A DNA stretch of 64,000 bases from an uncultured Gammaproteobacteria bacterium (GTDB lineage Bacteria; Patescibacteriota; Patescibacteriia; UBA10025; JAHIVO01). Each line of letters starts with the position of its first letter. Within the stretch, counting starts at the first letter, position 1. The translations under genes and the position numbers were made by a program. The notes under the pieces are model-generated. The model was not told the origin of the DNA and ran no database searches. It saw only the letters and a program-made list of their open reading frames with translations. Where the stretch lies: positions 78,629 through 142,628 of the forward strand of contig CAYPXF010000001.1 in the NCBI GenBank assembly GCA_964415025.1, written 5' to 3'. Shown here one piece after another: positions 27,179-37,369 of the stretch.

Positions 27179-27604
27179 CTATGCGATTTTCCGTCTTTTC
27201 GGCCTGGTAATATGCGGCTCGCGTCCGTACACTGGCTCGAGCAACTGGTAACCGCTTTTTTTCTTCAGTGCGCGGGCACCGTTCTGGGCGATAATTTTAG
27301 TCGTTATGTCATCACGCTTGCTAAAACCAATTGACGGGATTGTCAGCGCGTATGACAACGTATTTGCGGTAAGGATACCAATACGCAATGACGTGAAATT
27401 GCCCGGTCCCAGCACACATATGATGCCCTTAATATTACTAATGTCCCTCCCCTTTTCCTGGAGCAGGTCATCAATGGCTGGCAATAACTTCTCTTCATGT
27501 TTTTTACGGCTGGCAATTGTTTTGTCGTCAGTTATCTTGCCCGCGCCGGAAACAATACCAATATAAAACTCCTCCTTACGGCTGGTATCTATGAGTAAAT
27601 ACAT
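27179..27604 (-). CDS. tsaB: tRNA t6A biosynthesis protein TsaB (YeaZ-like), short form
   Basis: LLIDTS...GPGNFTSLRIGILTANTLSYALTIP. Confidence 0.7.
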   Translation of the reverse strand: MYLLIDTSRKEEFYIGIVSGAGKITDDKTIASRKKHEEKLLPAIDDLLQEKGRDISNIKGIICVLGPGNFTSLRIGILTANTLSYALTIPSIGFSKRDDITTKIIAQNGARALKKKSGYQLLEPVYGREPHITRPKRRKIA

Positions 27605-27610
27605 ACGAGG

Positions 27611-28177
27611 TTATTTAGAAATAAATATTTTATCTGTCACGACAATTTTTGGCTGCTCCAGGATTGAGTACAAGAATTTATCAGTCAAGGAATTGCGATA
27701 TTCAAATTCCTTCTTAGTCATGACCGTGTAGCGGATTTCCTTATCAAAATCCTTATGAAATTTATTGACTAGGCGTTTGAGTTTTACCCGGTTGACCTTA
27801 CCGACGACTAGAATATCAGTCTGGACGTCCTGAACATTTGTAAAAATACCGGTCAGTGCCAAATATGATATTTGGCCTATGTTTTTGATATTACTGGCTA
27901 GGCTATGTTCCATGGTCAGCTGTGATTTGACGATCAATGATTTCAGCTCATGGTACAGTGTAAAATTTGTATTGACGCGGTAATATTTTTTCTGTCCTTC
28001 CTGATGTGAAATTATCAGGCCCATATCCTCCAGATTGTCCAGCTCGCGCCTGACAGAGTTAATCCGCTCTTTTATCTTGCGCGTCAGCTCCCGAACAAAA
28101 TAATTATTATCTGTATTTGTCAGAAATATCCGGAGTAATTTGACTCTGGTCCGTGAACCAAAAAGTTGTTCAAGCAT
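27611..28177 (-). CDS. winged-helix transcriptional regulator with C-terminal uncharacterised domain
   Basis: N-terminal wHTH-like region (RVKLLRIFLTN...YFVRELTRKI...). Confidence 0.4.
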   Translation of the reverse strand: MLEQLFGSRTRVKLLRIFLTNTDNNYFVRELTRKIKERINSVRRELDNLEDMGLIISHQEGQKKYYRVNTNFTLYHELKSLIVKSQLTMEHSLASNIKNIGQISYLALTGIFTNVQDVQTDILVVGKVNRVKLKRLVNKFHKDFDKEIRYTVMTKKEFEYRNSLTDKFLYSILEQPKIVVTDKIFISK

Positions 28178-28254
28178 GAATACGCTTCTTTACTATTTAC
28201 TATATATATATTATAATATATTTATCAAAATAGAGCAAGAAATCGTGTTTTGCA

Positions 28255-30546
28255 ATGGCACAGCTACCGTATACATACGACAAATTACTCATCTGTAATC
28301 CTGATGTCAGCCGCTCAACCTGCCAGGTATTTGTGGCGCATCAGTCACCTACCGAGGAAAAGAGCCTGGGCAAGGTTTTTTTCGTGGCTGAAATCGCTTC
28401 ACGTGACCGGATTAATCTGGATATTATTAAGAAAATCCAGGAACAGCTGCTATCGAGCTATTACCGGACTGACGATCTGAATATTGAGACAGCCTTTGAA
28501 AAAGCACTGGAAAGCACCAATCAGATCATCGCTGATATGGTCGGTGATTATGATGTCAATTGGCTGGATAAGCTTAATGCCATCGCCTTCGTGCTGAAGG
28601 ATGATGCAATATATTTCAGCACGGTCGGACATACTCATGCATTTTTAGTCCGGCAGAATAAAATCATAGACATCCTGCGGACAACTGAAAATGGCGCGGC
28701 CGCCCATGAAAAAATCAATCCGCTTAAGGCGTTTTCGAATATAATCAGCGGCCCCCTGCAGACAGAGGATACGCTTGTATTAACCACGCCCAACTTACTC
28801 GACTACTTATCCCAGGAAAAACTGCGCCGGATTGTCCAGGAGCACAGCGCTGGCCAGTCAGTGCGCATGATAGATAACCTGCTCTCCGAAAATACTACCA
28901 ATACTGCTTTTAGCGCGGTTATTATTAAGATGGAGCCAGTAAATCAGGAGCAGCGGTCTCCGGCCAATATTAGCGTGGCTACGCAACCTGCCCGGACACA
29001 GCCAACTATTCCTGCTGCACGGGATACTGAATCATCCATGTCAGATCTGCTACAAAAAAAAGAACAAACAGGTGACGTGCTGGCGCCCTCATTGAGCAAG
29101 CATCTCGGTGCCCTGATCAAAAAAACGTTTGAACGTTGCGGAACATTTATTCGACTCAAACTGCTGCGCCAATCAGCCCGTCGTGTCCGTTTTCAGCAGC
29201 AGATGCGAGCCGCGGCCGATCGTGAACAGCCCGCCGTTGCAACACGCACCAAGCCGCTGTTAAAAAACATGAAGGCAACCATGAAAAAAGCCGCGGCAAC
29301 TTCTGGCAAAGGCGCGCGGCTACTGTCCCAAGCCGCCAAAAAAACAGGAAAAGTATCGCGGCAAACCTCACCACGCTCTCTATCAGCAAAAGCTGATCAG
29401 TACATTAACTCCCTAAAAAGACTGCCAAAAATAAGCAAGCTGCTGTTGCTATTGGTACTGATCGTTGCTTTTGTGTTAGCACAAGGTATTTTTAGTTCTG
29501 CGCAATCAAAGCAGTCAGCACAAGAACTCATCGTGCACACCCAGACAATTTCTGATATTTCAGAAAAAATACTAAAGGCCGAAGCGGCGCTGTCGTACGG
29601 TAATGAAGATGGGGCCAAGGAACTGCTGACTGAAGCGCAGGAGCTGCTCGCGTCATTTCCAGACGATGACGAAAGTACCGCCGAAAAACGTGCCGAGCTG
29701 TCCCAGGATATAGACGCGCAGTTTGCGCGTACGCGGCATATTGTGGTATCTGCCCCACGGGACATAGCCGATTTATCAGAATTTGAAACCGATATTACAG
29801 CGCGATCGCTGGTCTATCTGCCAAATAACACCCTGGTTACAGTGAACCCCTCAACAAACACCATCTATACCACTGACAGCGACAGCGGCGAAACAACCTC
29901 ATCTGACCAGTCAGACCACCCGCGGGCATTGCAATACGTCACCGCAAAAGGAACAAGCAGTACGGTGCTGATGGATACCGGCCTCAAGCTGTCTGAATTT
30001 AACACAACCGATGACAATTTTTCTTCGCTCACCTTTAATCTAGAACAAAGCGATCCGAACATAGCCAGCATCGCGCTTTACGATACCAGACTATACTTGC
30101 TGGATATAAAGAATAATCAAATTTACCGCTCATTTGGCGCCGGCAGTGGCTATGGCACGCCAGTAGAATGGAAAACAGATGACACTGACCTGACCAGCGC
30201 CGTCAGTATGGCGATTGACGGTAATATTTATGTACTGCGTAGTGATGGAGGGGTTATCAAGTTGTTCCAGGGACAGCGACTGGATTGGTCAATAGCACCC
30301 ATCGATCCGGCCTTAACCAATGGCGATGCCATCTGGACTAATTCCGAGACTGACAAGCTGTACATCCTCGATGCTAAAGGCAGACGGGTGCTCGAATTCT
30401 CGAAAGAGTCTGGCTCCCTCGTCAACCAATATACCGCCGATGTATTCAGTGTCATGCATGACATCGCCGCATCGCCAGAGGACGGTGAACTGTATGTCCT
30501 GAACAATACGGTATTATACGGCGTGGAACTGCTGCCGCAATCATAA
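28255..30546 (+). CDS. membrane protein: degenerate PP2C-like N-terminal domain, Ala/Lys-rich linker, TM helix, C-terminal beta-propeller-like repeats
   Basis: PP2C-like blocks FFVAEIASRD / FSTVGHTHAFLVRQNKII / DTLVLTTPNLLDYLS with metal-binding Asp residues replaced; TM KISKLLLLLVLIVAFVLA; repeated YVLxxDGxI motifs. Confidence 0.45.
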   Translation: MAQLPYTYDKLLICNPDVSRSTCQVFVAHQSPTEEKSLGKVFFVAEIASRDRINLDIIKKIQEQLLSSYYRTDDLNIETAFEKALESTNQIIADMVGDYDVNWLDKLNAIAFVLKDDAIYFSTVGHTHAFLVRQNKIIDILRTTENGAAAHEKINPLKAFSNIISGPLQTEDTLVLTTPNLLDYLSQEKLRRIVQEHSAGQSVRMIDNLLSENTTNTAFSAVIIKMEPVNQEQRSPANISVATQPARTQPTIPAARDTESSMSDLLQKKEQTGDVLAPSLSKHLGALIKKTFERCGTFIRLKLLRQSARRVRFQQQMRAAADREQPAVATRTKPLLKNMKATMKKAAATSGKGARLLSQAAKKTGKVSRQTSPRSLSAKADQYINSLKRLPKISKLLLLLVLIVAFVLAQGIFSSAQSKQSAQELIVHTQTISDISEKILKAEAALSYGNEDGAKELLTEAQELLASFPDDDESTAEKRAELSQDIDAQFARTRHIVVSAPRDIADLSEFETDITARSLVYLPNNTLVTVNPSTNTIYTTDSDSGETTSSDQSDHPRALQYVTAKGTSSTVLMDTGLKLSEFNTTDDNFSSLTFNLEQSDPNIASIALYDTRLYLLDIKNNQIYRSFGAGSGYGTPVEWKTDDTDLTSAVSMAIDGNIYVLRSDGGVIKLFQGQRLDWSIAPIDPALTNGDAIWTNSETDKLYILDAKGRRVLEFSKESGSLVNQYTADVFSVMHDIAASPEDGELYVLNNTVLYGVELLPQS

Positions 30547-30552
30547 CAAACA

Positions 30553-30590
30553 AAAAACCATCCGGACGTATTACTGGATGGTTTTTTGTT
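30553..30590. terminator. bidirectional terminator
   Basis: aaaaaccatccgg-acgtattac-tggatggtttttt. Confidence 0.45.
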
Positions 30591-30597
30591 TGGAAAT

Positions 30598-31068
30598 CTA
30601 TTTGAGGTTTACTTTGGCACCTGCTTCTTCGAGTTTTTTCTTCAGCTCTTCTGCTTCCTCTTTAGTCGCGCCTTCCTTGATAACCTTAGGAGCGCCATCG
30701 ACCATGTCTTTTGCTTCTTTCAGGCCTTTTTCCGTAATTTCGCGCACAACCTTAATCACGGCAATCTTGTTCGAGCCTGCTTCTGCCAGCTCGATGTCAA
30801 ACGAAGACTTCTCTTCGCCGCCTTCTTCACCGCCGCCAGCCGGAGCCGCGCCGGCAACCGCCACTGGCGCCTGGGCAGACACACCGAATTTATCTTCGAG
30901 TACTTTTACCAGTTCAGCCAGCTCCATCACGGTCAGCTTTTCGATCTGGTCTACCAAGTCCTTGAACTTGGCCGGGACTTCGGCAGCTTCCTTTTTTTCT
31001 TCTGCTGCGTCGTCTTTTTTATCCTCGGCTGCTTCTGGAGCAGCTTCCTTTTTTTCTTCGTCAGCCAT
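30598..31068 (-). CDS. rplL: 50S ribosomal protein L7/L12 with about 30-aa Lys/Glu/Ala-rich N-terminal extension
   Basis: core [24 protein letters not shown]...[26 protein letters not shown]...EEAGAKV. Confidence 0.9.
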   Translation of the reverse strand: MADEEKKEAAPEAAEDKKDDAAEEKKEAAEVPAKFKDLVDQIEKLTVMELAELVKVLEDKFGVSAQAPVAVAGAAPAGGGEEGGEEKSSFDIELAEAGSNKIAVIKVVREITEKGLKEAKDMVDGAPKVIKEGATKEEAEELKKKLEEAGAKVNLK

Positions 31069-31100
31069 AGTATTGATATGTTTACTTATTTATTAGTATA

Positions 31101-31625
31101 TTAGTCTTTTGATTCTTTGATAGCGTTCAGCGCGTATACGAGATTGCGCATCGATCCTGCCAGCACGTTCACCAATCCACTCACCGGATAGTTGATAAGC
31201 CATACTAGTTTTGCTTGGAGCTCTTCCTTGCCAGGTAATTGCGCCAGCGCGGTCACTTCTTCTGCATCGATAAATTTTCCCTGATAAATTCCACCGATTA
31301 ATTTGACTGCCTCATGTTTTTTGGCGAATGTATATAGGATTTTCGCCGGCAATACTTCATCCCCATACCCAAAAGCAGTGCCAAGTCCTCCCTCAAGCCG
31401 GGATATATCAATCGCTCCCATGTCTGCTTGTTTCAGTGCCAGTGCCAGAAGCGTCCGTTTAGCCACGGTATAATCAATGCCCTGCTCACGCAGCTGGGCG
31501 CGCAGTTCATTAGCTTTATCTACACTTAATCCCTCAAAATTAGTGAAAATAACAGACTTTGTTTTTCCTAATTTATCAGTCAGTGTTTTAACTATTTCTT
31601 CTTTTTGTTGCTTGGTTTTAGCCAT
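31101..31625 (-). CDS. rplJ: 50S ribosomal protein L10
   Basis: KQQKEEIVKTLTDKL...VIFTNFEGLSV; immediately upstream of rplL. Confidence 0.9.
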   Translation of the reverse strand: MAKTKQQKEEIVKTLTDKLGKTKSVIFTNFEGLSVDKANELRAQLREQGIDYTVAKRTLLALALKQADMGAIDISRLEGGLGTAFGYGDEVLPAKILYTFAKKHEAVKLIGGIYQGKFIDAEEVTALAQLPGKEELQAKLVWLINYPVSGLVNVLAGSMRNLVYALNAIKESKD

Positions 31626-31828
31626 AGGTTTAAAAAAATCTGCGGATTAATACCACAGACTTGTATGTGTCTACTCTAGCTTGCTACCTTACTAACTCGA
31701 CAGCTCGCTAGTTTTTACCTCGGCAGGATTTATGAAGCCTTTGCTACACCTGCTGTCTGTGGTGATAAGATTGTATTATCCCCAGTATAGCAGACAAAAA
31801 AACACTGTCAAGCCGTGCCCGCTATGTA

Positions 31829-32149
31829 TTACGCTGCCGATGAATCCGGCGTCGACGAATATGAATCTGCCAGGCGGGCAGCCAGCTGCGTTACATCCAC
31901 CTGGTTTCTGGCAAGTGTCCCGACCTGATCACGGATAATTACCAGCTGTGGCTCCTGTATTGTTTGGTCTGATTCATGTTCGAGGCGTGTGGCAATCAAC
32001 ATATGCAAATGCTGCGGGGTCAGCCCAGTCTCTATTTCAGAAAAAAGTTTCTCAATAATGGCTTGGAAATGTTCCGCTATTGCTTGTCTTTCCGCGGATT
32101 GTTCTGCCTGAACAAACGGCAGTTCAAATTGTGGTGGCGTTTCCCGCAT
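31829..32149 (-). CDS. hypothetical protein (106 aa)
   Basis: ORF only. Confidence 0.3.
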   Translation of the reverse strand: MRETPPQFELPFVQAEQSAERQAIAEHFQAIIEKLFSEIETGLTPQHLHMLIATRLEHESDQTIQEPQLVIIRDQVGTLARNQVDVTQLAARLADSYSSTPDSSAA

Positions 32150-32152
32150 AGG

Positions 32153-32836
32153 CTAACTAATGCGTGTGCCTTTATACGAATTATTTAGAACAATATTTTC
32201 AATATTTTTTAAATACGTGCCATTGCAGATAATTGCTTCGAGATTAATAGTTTTGGCAACCTTGGACGCTTCGGGGTCAAACGGCACGTGCGCGCCCGGC
32301 CGCCAGGTAGGGCCGGTCAGCTGCAATAATTCATGCCATGACATGTGTTTTATAGATTTGGCATTTTCGTCCTTATTTGGATCTGCTGTATACACGTAAT
32401 CAATATTACTCATGTTAATAATACGCTTAGCAGAAAATGTTTTAGCCAGCAGCACTGCGTCCTTGTCAGACGAACATCCCGGTTTCCAGCCGCTGCCGAT
32501 CAGTACTTTTTTCGCCGTCCTGATTTTTTTCGTCGGATTATGCAGTACTGATGCGTAGGCCATACGTCCGAACATTGAGCGTACTAATTCAGCATTGAGT
32601 TTAGTCGCCGCAATACCGATCCAGTCGAGATCAGGTGCTGATGTCTGTGAAGCGACCTTTTTGGCTGCCTGCTGATACGTCCGGGCAGTATCCCCGCCGC
32701 CGGTAACAATGATAAAACGATAACCGCGCCGAGACAACCGAACGATTAATGACTTAAATCGTTTTAAATAATTTATGTTAACCTTGTCAGGGACAATTAT
32801 TGACCCGCCCAGAGAGAGAACAATGGTTTTAATCAT
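32153..32836 (-). CDS. pyrH: UMP kinase, archaeal type (amino-acid kinase family)
   Basis: IVLSLGGSIIVP, IIVTGGGDTARTY, GSGWKPGCSSDKDAVLLA, IDYVYTADPNKDENAKSIKHMSWHELL closely parallel archaeal UMPK blocks. Confidence 0.75.
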   Translation of the reverse strand: MIKTIVLSLGGSIIVPDKVNINYLKRFKSLIVRLSRRGYRFIIVTGGGDTARTYQQAAKKVASQTSAPDLDWIGIAATKLNAELVRSMFGRMAYASVLHNPTKKIRTAKKVLIGSGWKPGCSSDKDAVLLAKTFSAKRIINMSNIDYVYTADPNKDENAKSIKHMSWHELLQLTGPTWRPGAHVPFDPEASKVAKTINLEAIICNGTYLKNIENIVLNNSYKGTRIS

Positions 32837-32932
32837 AGATTAATATTGACAATATCAGTACCATGCTATAGTATAGCATAACAAAAGTATTACTGTCGCG
32901 TACATAATAATTGAACGTATTGGGGAGGAATT

Positions 32933-33352
32933 ATGTCGCAGCGCACTTTACCATTTATTGTTACTCCTGAAACATTCCACCTGCTCCAGATCGGGGATAT
33001 TGTTACTGTTGAGTTCGAAGATCCAGATGATAAAGGCAATTGCCACTATCATTGTGGTGAAGTACACCGGTGTTTTATCATCCGTACTGGCACAGGGCCT
33101 CGGCGGGTAAAGCCAGGACAACCAGGCAGTATTTTCTTCGATCTCGATGTTAATGCTATCGGCCGGGACAAAAGAAACAATAACCATACCACCTTTACCT
33201 GGCAGAATAGTACACAAAAATGGTTCAGCTGTATAGGCTATAACACGCTTAGCACCATCACAGTCATCGGTCATATGAACAACCTACCGATCGATCTGAT
33301 AACAAAAATACCCGTCAGATTGGCAGATATGGGCGATCCGTACGAACTGTAA
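32933..33352 (+). CDS. hypothetical protein (139 aa)
   Basis: GGAGG RBS 7 nt upstream of the ATG; preferred over the overlapping antisense ORF. Confidence 0.4.
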   Translation: MSQRTLPFIVTPETFHLLQIGDIVTVEFEDPDDKGNCHYHCGEVHRCFIIRTGTGPRRVKPGQPGSIFFDLDVNAIGRDKRNNNHTTFTWQNSTQKWFSCIGYNTLSTITVIGHMNNLPIDLITKIPVRLADMGDPYEL

Positions 33353-33391
33353 TCAAACGCACACTACAGACCCCGCGGTTTCCGTGGGGTT

Positions 33392-34447
33392 TTATTGTAA
33401 GTATTTTTGCTTGTTTGCCACGTGTTCCTGAAACGTCCTGCTGAACACGATCGAACCATCATCATTAATCCGGTGCAGGAAATACATGTAATCCGTATCA
33501 GCCGGATAAACCGCTGCCTTGATGGCTTCGAGCGATGGATTACCGATTGGTCCGGGCGGCAATCCTCGATTTCGGTATGTATTATACGGGCTCTCTGCTG
33601 CCAAATCTGCCGCAGTCGGCTGCGGACGGTCACCTTTTGTCACATAATTGACGGTGGCGTCCGACTCCAGGGCAATACCGTTGTTCAGCCGGTTATAAAA
33701 TATGCCGGCGACAATATAATGGTCATTATTAATAGGTTCCCCGTCTTTGCGTTCTATATTAACTTCGTTCTCGATGATAGACGCCAGTGTGACAATCTGA
33801 TGTATGTCCATATTGCTGGCGGCGGCATCGAGTGCCATCTGCTCGGTGAATTTATTGCCGAAGTTATTGAGCATGCGCTCAATAATATCCGCGGTTTCAG
33901 CCGTCTCAAAAATACGATAGGTGTCAGGGAATAAATACCCCTCCAGCCCCTGGCCATCCGGTTTGTCGGCCAAAAAATCATATGTCTTACCCGGGATAAT
34001 ATCGCGCGAATCATTGAGTGACGCCCCTTCGACGAACGAATCCTTGGACACGACTCCTTCCTGCTCCAGATACTCGCCTATCTCTTCGGTAGTCCATCCC
34101 TCGAGAATAGTAATGCTGCGTTCGGCCGCGGTATTACCCGACTTAAGCGCGCTGACCACCTCGCGCATGTTCATATCCGGCCGCAAGCTGTACGTACCGG
34201 CGATAAAATCAGATTCTGACCCCTCCAGATACACGTACCATTCAAACCAATACGCGCTGCGGATCAGGCCCTGCTTTTCCAGATTGTCAGCGATCTCTTT
34301 TACCCCTTGACCAGATGTAATTTGGTACAAAACCGTCTCATCAGATGAACCCGCCGGCAGACTTACCTGATTCCAAAAATAGAGCCCGGCAAGTAGCGCG
34401 GCTCCGATAAGCATAAAAACGATAATGAGGATGATTTTTTTGGACAT
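33392..34447 (-). CDS. mltG: endolytic murein transglycosylase MltG (YceG family)
   Basis: N-terminal TM, YceG-like domain, C-terminal YMYFLHRINDDGSIVFSRTFQEH. Confidence 0.65.
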   Translation of the reverse strand: MSKKIILIIVFMLIGAALLAGLYFWNQVSLPAGSSDETVLYQITSGQGVKEIADNLEKQGLIRSAYWFEWYVYLEGSESDFIAGTYSLRPDMNMREVVSALKSGNTAAERSITILEGWTTEEIGEYLEQEGVVSKDSFVEGASLNDSRDIIPGKTYDFLADKPDGQGLEGYLFPDTYRIFETAETADIIERMLNNFGNKFTEQMALDAAASNMDIHQIVTLASIIENEVNIERKDGEPINNDHYIVAGIFYNRLNNGIALESDATVNYVTKGDRPQPTAADLAAESPYNTYRNRGLPPGPIGNPSLEAIKAAVYPADTDYMYFLHRINDDGSIVFSRTFQEHVANKQKYLQ

Positions 34448-34457
34448 TCGGGTTGGG

Positions 34458-35534
34458 TTAGAGGTATTTATTCTTTTTCTTCTTATCTAATGTTTCGACA
34501 ATTTTTTTCACGTCCTGGGCGCGGTCTTTCGGACAAACCAGCAGGGCATCATCTGTTTCAATCACGATCATATTTTCCAGTCCGGCTGTGGCGATCAGTT
34601 TGCCCGAATAGCTATACAGAAGATTATCACGCGAATCAATACTCACGATTGTACCACGTTCCACATTATCTGTCTCGCGCCGGGCCAGAATATCCTTGAC
34701 CGTCCGCCAATTCCCGACGTCGGCCCAGTCAAAGCTCGCCGGTATCACGGCAATGTGCTTCGTCTTTTCCATAATCCCGTAATCTATGGAAATTGATTTG
34801 AATTTCTTATACTCGCGCTGTACCGCCTGCTTCTCGCGGCTGGTACCCAGGATCGGCTGGAGTCTTTTCATAATCGCGTAGTGTTGTGGCAGGTGCTGCC
34901 GGAACAAGGCATGCAGCTGTTCTACGTGCCAGCAAAAAATACCCGAGTTCCATAAATAATCCCAGGAACGTACATATTTTTTAGCCGTGGTCAGATCCGG
35001 CTTTTCGACAAACCGCTGTCCGTAAAATATTTCATCATTACCGATCTGCTCGAAGACTTTGTTTATCTTGATATAGCCGTATCCCGTTTCCGGATACGTG
35101 GGTCTGATGCCGATCACAAACGTATAGCTCGGATGCTGCTGAACCATGCGATCCGCCAGCTTTAACAATCGACTGTACTCTCTCACGTCTTTTATATAGT
35201 GGTCGGCATTGGCCATGATCATGGTCTCCTGCGGATCGATCTTGGCTAATCGTGCCGCCGCCAGACCAATAGCCGCGGCCGTATCGCGCTTTTCAGTTTC
35301 CAGGATAAAATTACCGCGTTTGAGCTCCGGTACCTGGCGCTTCAGAGCCGGATAGAGCTTGTAATTAGTAGAAATAAAAATATCCTTGTCAGGCACCGCT
35401 TTTCTGATGCGTCGATAGGTTGCCTCCAGTAACGTTCTGTCGCCGATCAGCGGCTGGCTCTGCTTTGGTTTAGTTTTTCGCGAAACGGGCCACAGCCGCG
35501 TCCCTCCTCCGCCCGCGAGTATAACTATCTTCAT
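34458..35534 (-). CDS. mannose-1-phosphate guanylyltransferase (sugar nucleotidyltransferase)
   Basis: ILAGGGGTRLWPVSR N-terminal NTP-transferase motif; 358 aa. Confidence 0.75.
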   Translation of the reverse strand: MKIVILAGGGGTRLWPVSRKTKPKQSQPLIGDRTLLEATYRRIRKAVPDKDIFISTNYKLYPALKRQVPELKRGNFILETEKRDTAAAIGLAAARLAKIDPQETMIMANADHYIKDVREYSRLLKLADRMVQQHPSYTFVIGIRPTYPETGYGYIKINKVFEQIGNDEIFYGQRFVEKPDLTTAKKYVRSWDYLWNSGIFCWHVEQLHALFRQHLPQHYAIMKRLQPILGTSREKQAVQREYKKFKSISIDYGIMEKTKHIAVIPASFDWADVGNWRTVKDILARRETDNVERGTIVSIDSRDNLLYSYSGKLIATAGLENMIVIETDDALLVCPKDRAQDVKKIVETLDKKKKNKYL

Positions 35535-35603
35535 AATTAGTAATTGATTATTGGTACATTATGAATTGATTCGGAATAGTAATTGGTAATTAGAAATTTA
35601 TAT

Positions 35604-36284
35604 TTATTCTCCCCATTCTTTCGGTACCAACGGTACGAACTGAAATCCTGGAAATTTTTTCTCCTGATAATCCGTCTCCGACTTTTTATCTACCTGCACC
35701 ATTTCCTGCTCGTATTTACCGACCGGAATGACCAAGCGTCCGCCGATAGCCAGCTGCTGCAACAGTACGTCTGGTATGCCTATCTCAGCAGCCGCGGCTA
35801 CAATTATTTTATCATAGGGCGCATTTTTTTTATATCCCTTTGTGCCGTCTCCGGTAATAAACTCTACATTTGTGTAGCCGTATGTTTTGACATTTGCTTC
35901 GCCAAACCGTTTCAGATCCGGGACGCGTTCGATGGCAATTACTTTACCTTCTGGCCCTACCAGCTCTGCCAGCAGTGCTGTCTGCCATCCTGACCCAGAA
36001 CCCACGTCTAAAATTTTATCTCCTGTTTTCGGCTGCAGCAGCTCGAGCATAAAGGCGACTGTCAGGGGCTGTGAAATCGTCTGGCCATACTCGAGGGGCA
36101 GGGGCGCGTTCACATGTGACTGGTCTTTCATCTGTTCAGTGACAAAATCAGATCGCTTCACTTTGCGAAAAGCCTTGATAATACGCTCGGACTTGAGATA
36201 GCCCTCGTCGATTAATTGTTGCACTAATTCCTCCATATTGATTTTTTTATTACTATGTGATATACTTATAGGGTAAGGGCGCAA
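35604..36284 (-). CDS. pcm: protein-L-isoaspartate O-methyltransferase
   Basis: LDVGSGSGWQTALLAELVG, ...RVIAIERVPDL. Confidence 0.85.
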   Translation of the reverse strand: MRPYPISISHSNKKINMEELVQQLIDEGYLKSERIIKAFRKVKRSDFVTEQMKDQSHVNAPLPLEYGQTISQPLTVAFMLELLQPKTGDKILDVGSGSGWQTALLAELVGPEGKVIAIERVPDLKRFGEANVKTYGYTNVEFITGDGTKGYKKNAPYDKIIVAAAAEIGIPDVLLQQLAIGGRLVIPVGKYEQEMVQVDKKSETDYQEKKFPGFQFVPLVPKEWGE

Positions 36285-36301
36285 TCGGCCCTTATTTTAT
36301 T

Positions 36302-37036
36302 GTGCTGAAAATTGCACCAAAAACAAAAAGTAAAAACAAAATGAAAATCAAATTGTGGCGACGTTTTTTCGGTGTGGCGGCAGCCTGTTCCGGCATGCTG
36401 CTCCTGGCCTCCCCTGGAGTCGCCCAGACACAACCCATCACTCCGGACGATATCTATACCCGCATTAATAACGTGCGAGCTGTCAACCATCTCAATGCAT
36501 TATCCCGTAATGCCGCTCTGGCGCGCGCGGCCCACCTGCGTGCCGCTGATATGACTGCGCGTGGCTATTTTTCGCATACCAGTCCCGACGGTGACATGCC
36601 CTGGGACGTGGCGCTGCGGGCTGGCTATGACTATGAACTCATCGGCGAAAACCTGGCCATTGACTGGCTGCGTCCAGATGATGTCATCACTGCCTGGCTC
36701 GACAGTAGCACCCACCGTGAAAATATCATGAAGCCAGCGTATACTGAAACCGGCATTGCCGTCACCTGCCAGTCCGCTGGCTGCTTAATCGTCCAGCTGT
36801 TCGGTAACCGTGCTGCTATCGCACCGCCAACACCCCAACAAAATATTACGGTAGTAAAAGAGCCTTTCCCGGCTACTCCCAGTATACCAAATTCATCACC
36901 CGGAGAAAAATCTGCGGTTCTAGGCAGTACTATTATAAAACAGAACTCCCCTGTTTTGTCCGTGCGCGATCGCTACCCGAACTGCATTGCTTTTAGTTAT
37001 TACCCAGTCGCACTTGGAGTTTACATGTTGCAATAA
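36302..37036 (+). CDS. secreted CAP/SCP/PR-1-like domain protein
   Basis: signal peptide; YFSHTSPDG...GENLA...HRENIMKPAYTETGIAV. Confidence 0.7.
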   Translation: MLKIAPKTKSKNKMKIKLWRRFFGVAAACSGMLLLASPGVAQTQPITPDDIYTRINNVRAVNHLNALSRNAALARAAHLRAADMTARGYFSHTSPDGDMPWDVALRAGYDYELIGENLAIDWLRPDDVITAWLDSSTHRENIMKPAYTETGIAVTCQSAGCLIVQLFGNRAAIAPPTPQQNITVVKEPFPATPSIPNSSPGEKSAVLGSTIIKQNSPVLSVRDRYPNCIAFSYYPVALGVYMLQ

Positions 37037-37108
37037 TCTCAAATATGAATATGGATTGCTAACCGCTGTTATCGGCGGTTTTTTAGTAAATGCACGCATT
37101 AGAATAAT

Positions 37109-37136
37109 TTGACACTTTTAACAATGCTGATAAAAT
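37109..37136 (+). promoter_or_regulatory. sigma70-like promoter TTGACA-16-TAAAAT upstream of the TasA-like gene
   Basis: 37109 ttgaca, 37131 taaaat. Confidence 0.4.
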
Positions 37137-37369
37137 TAACTAATCGCAAAAATTAAGTAAAAACAAACATCGAGAATATGGAGGATGGTTGTTTTCTAAT
37201 ATGCCTACATACTATTCCAACGCCAATAATCTAATCAAATATTTAGCCATGCCTGGCAAGGATATGGATTGTGGCCCTCATCGCAATCCCGTGTTTACCA
37301 GACATGGTCGATAATCAGCCGCGCACTGTTGTCGGTTGATTTTTTTATTATCTTTCATCTTGAAAGGGG

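Noticed and set aside
30578-31104. Two 172-aa + strand ORFs
   Set aside because: They are antisense shadows of rplL (low-complexity Ala/Ser/Phe strings); the same applies to the many antisense ORFs inside the kinase, ftsI, murF and the adhesin genes.
32948-33274. 108-aa minus-strand ORF
   Set aside because: Fully overlapped by a + strand ORF that has a strong GGAGG RBS; the minus-strand ORF has no RBS and an odd composition.
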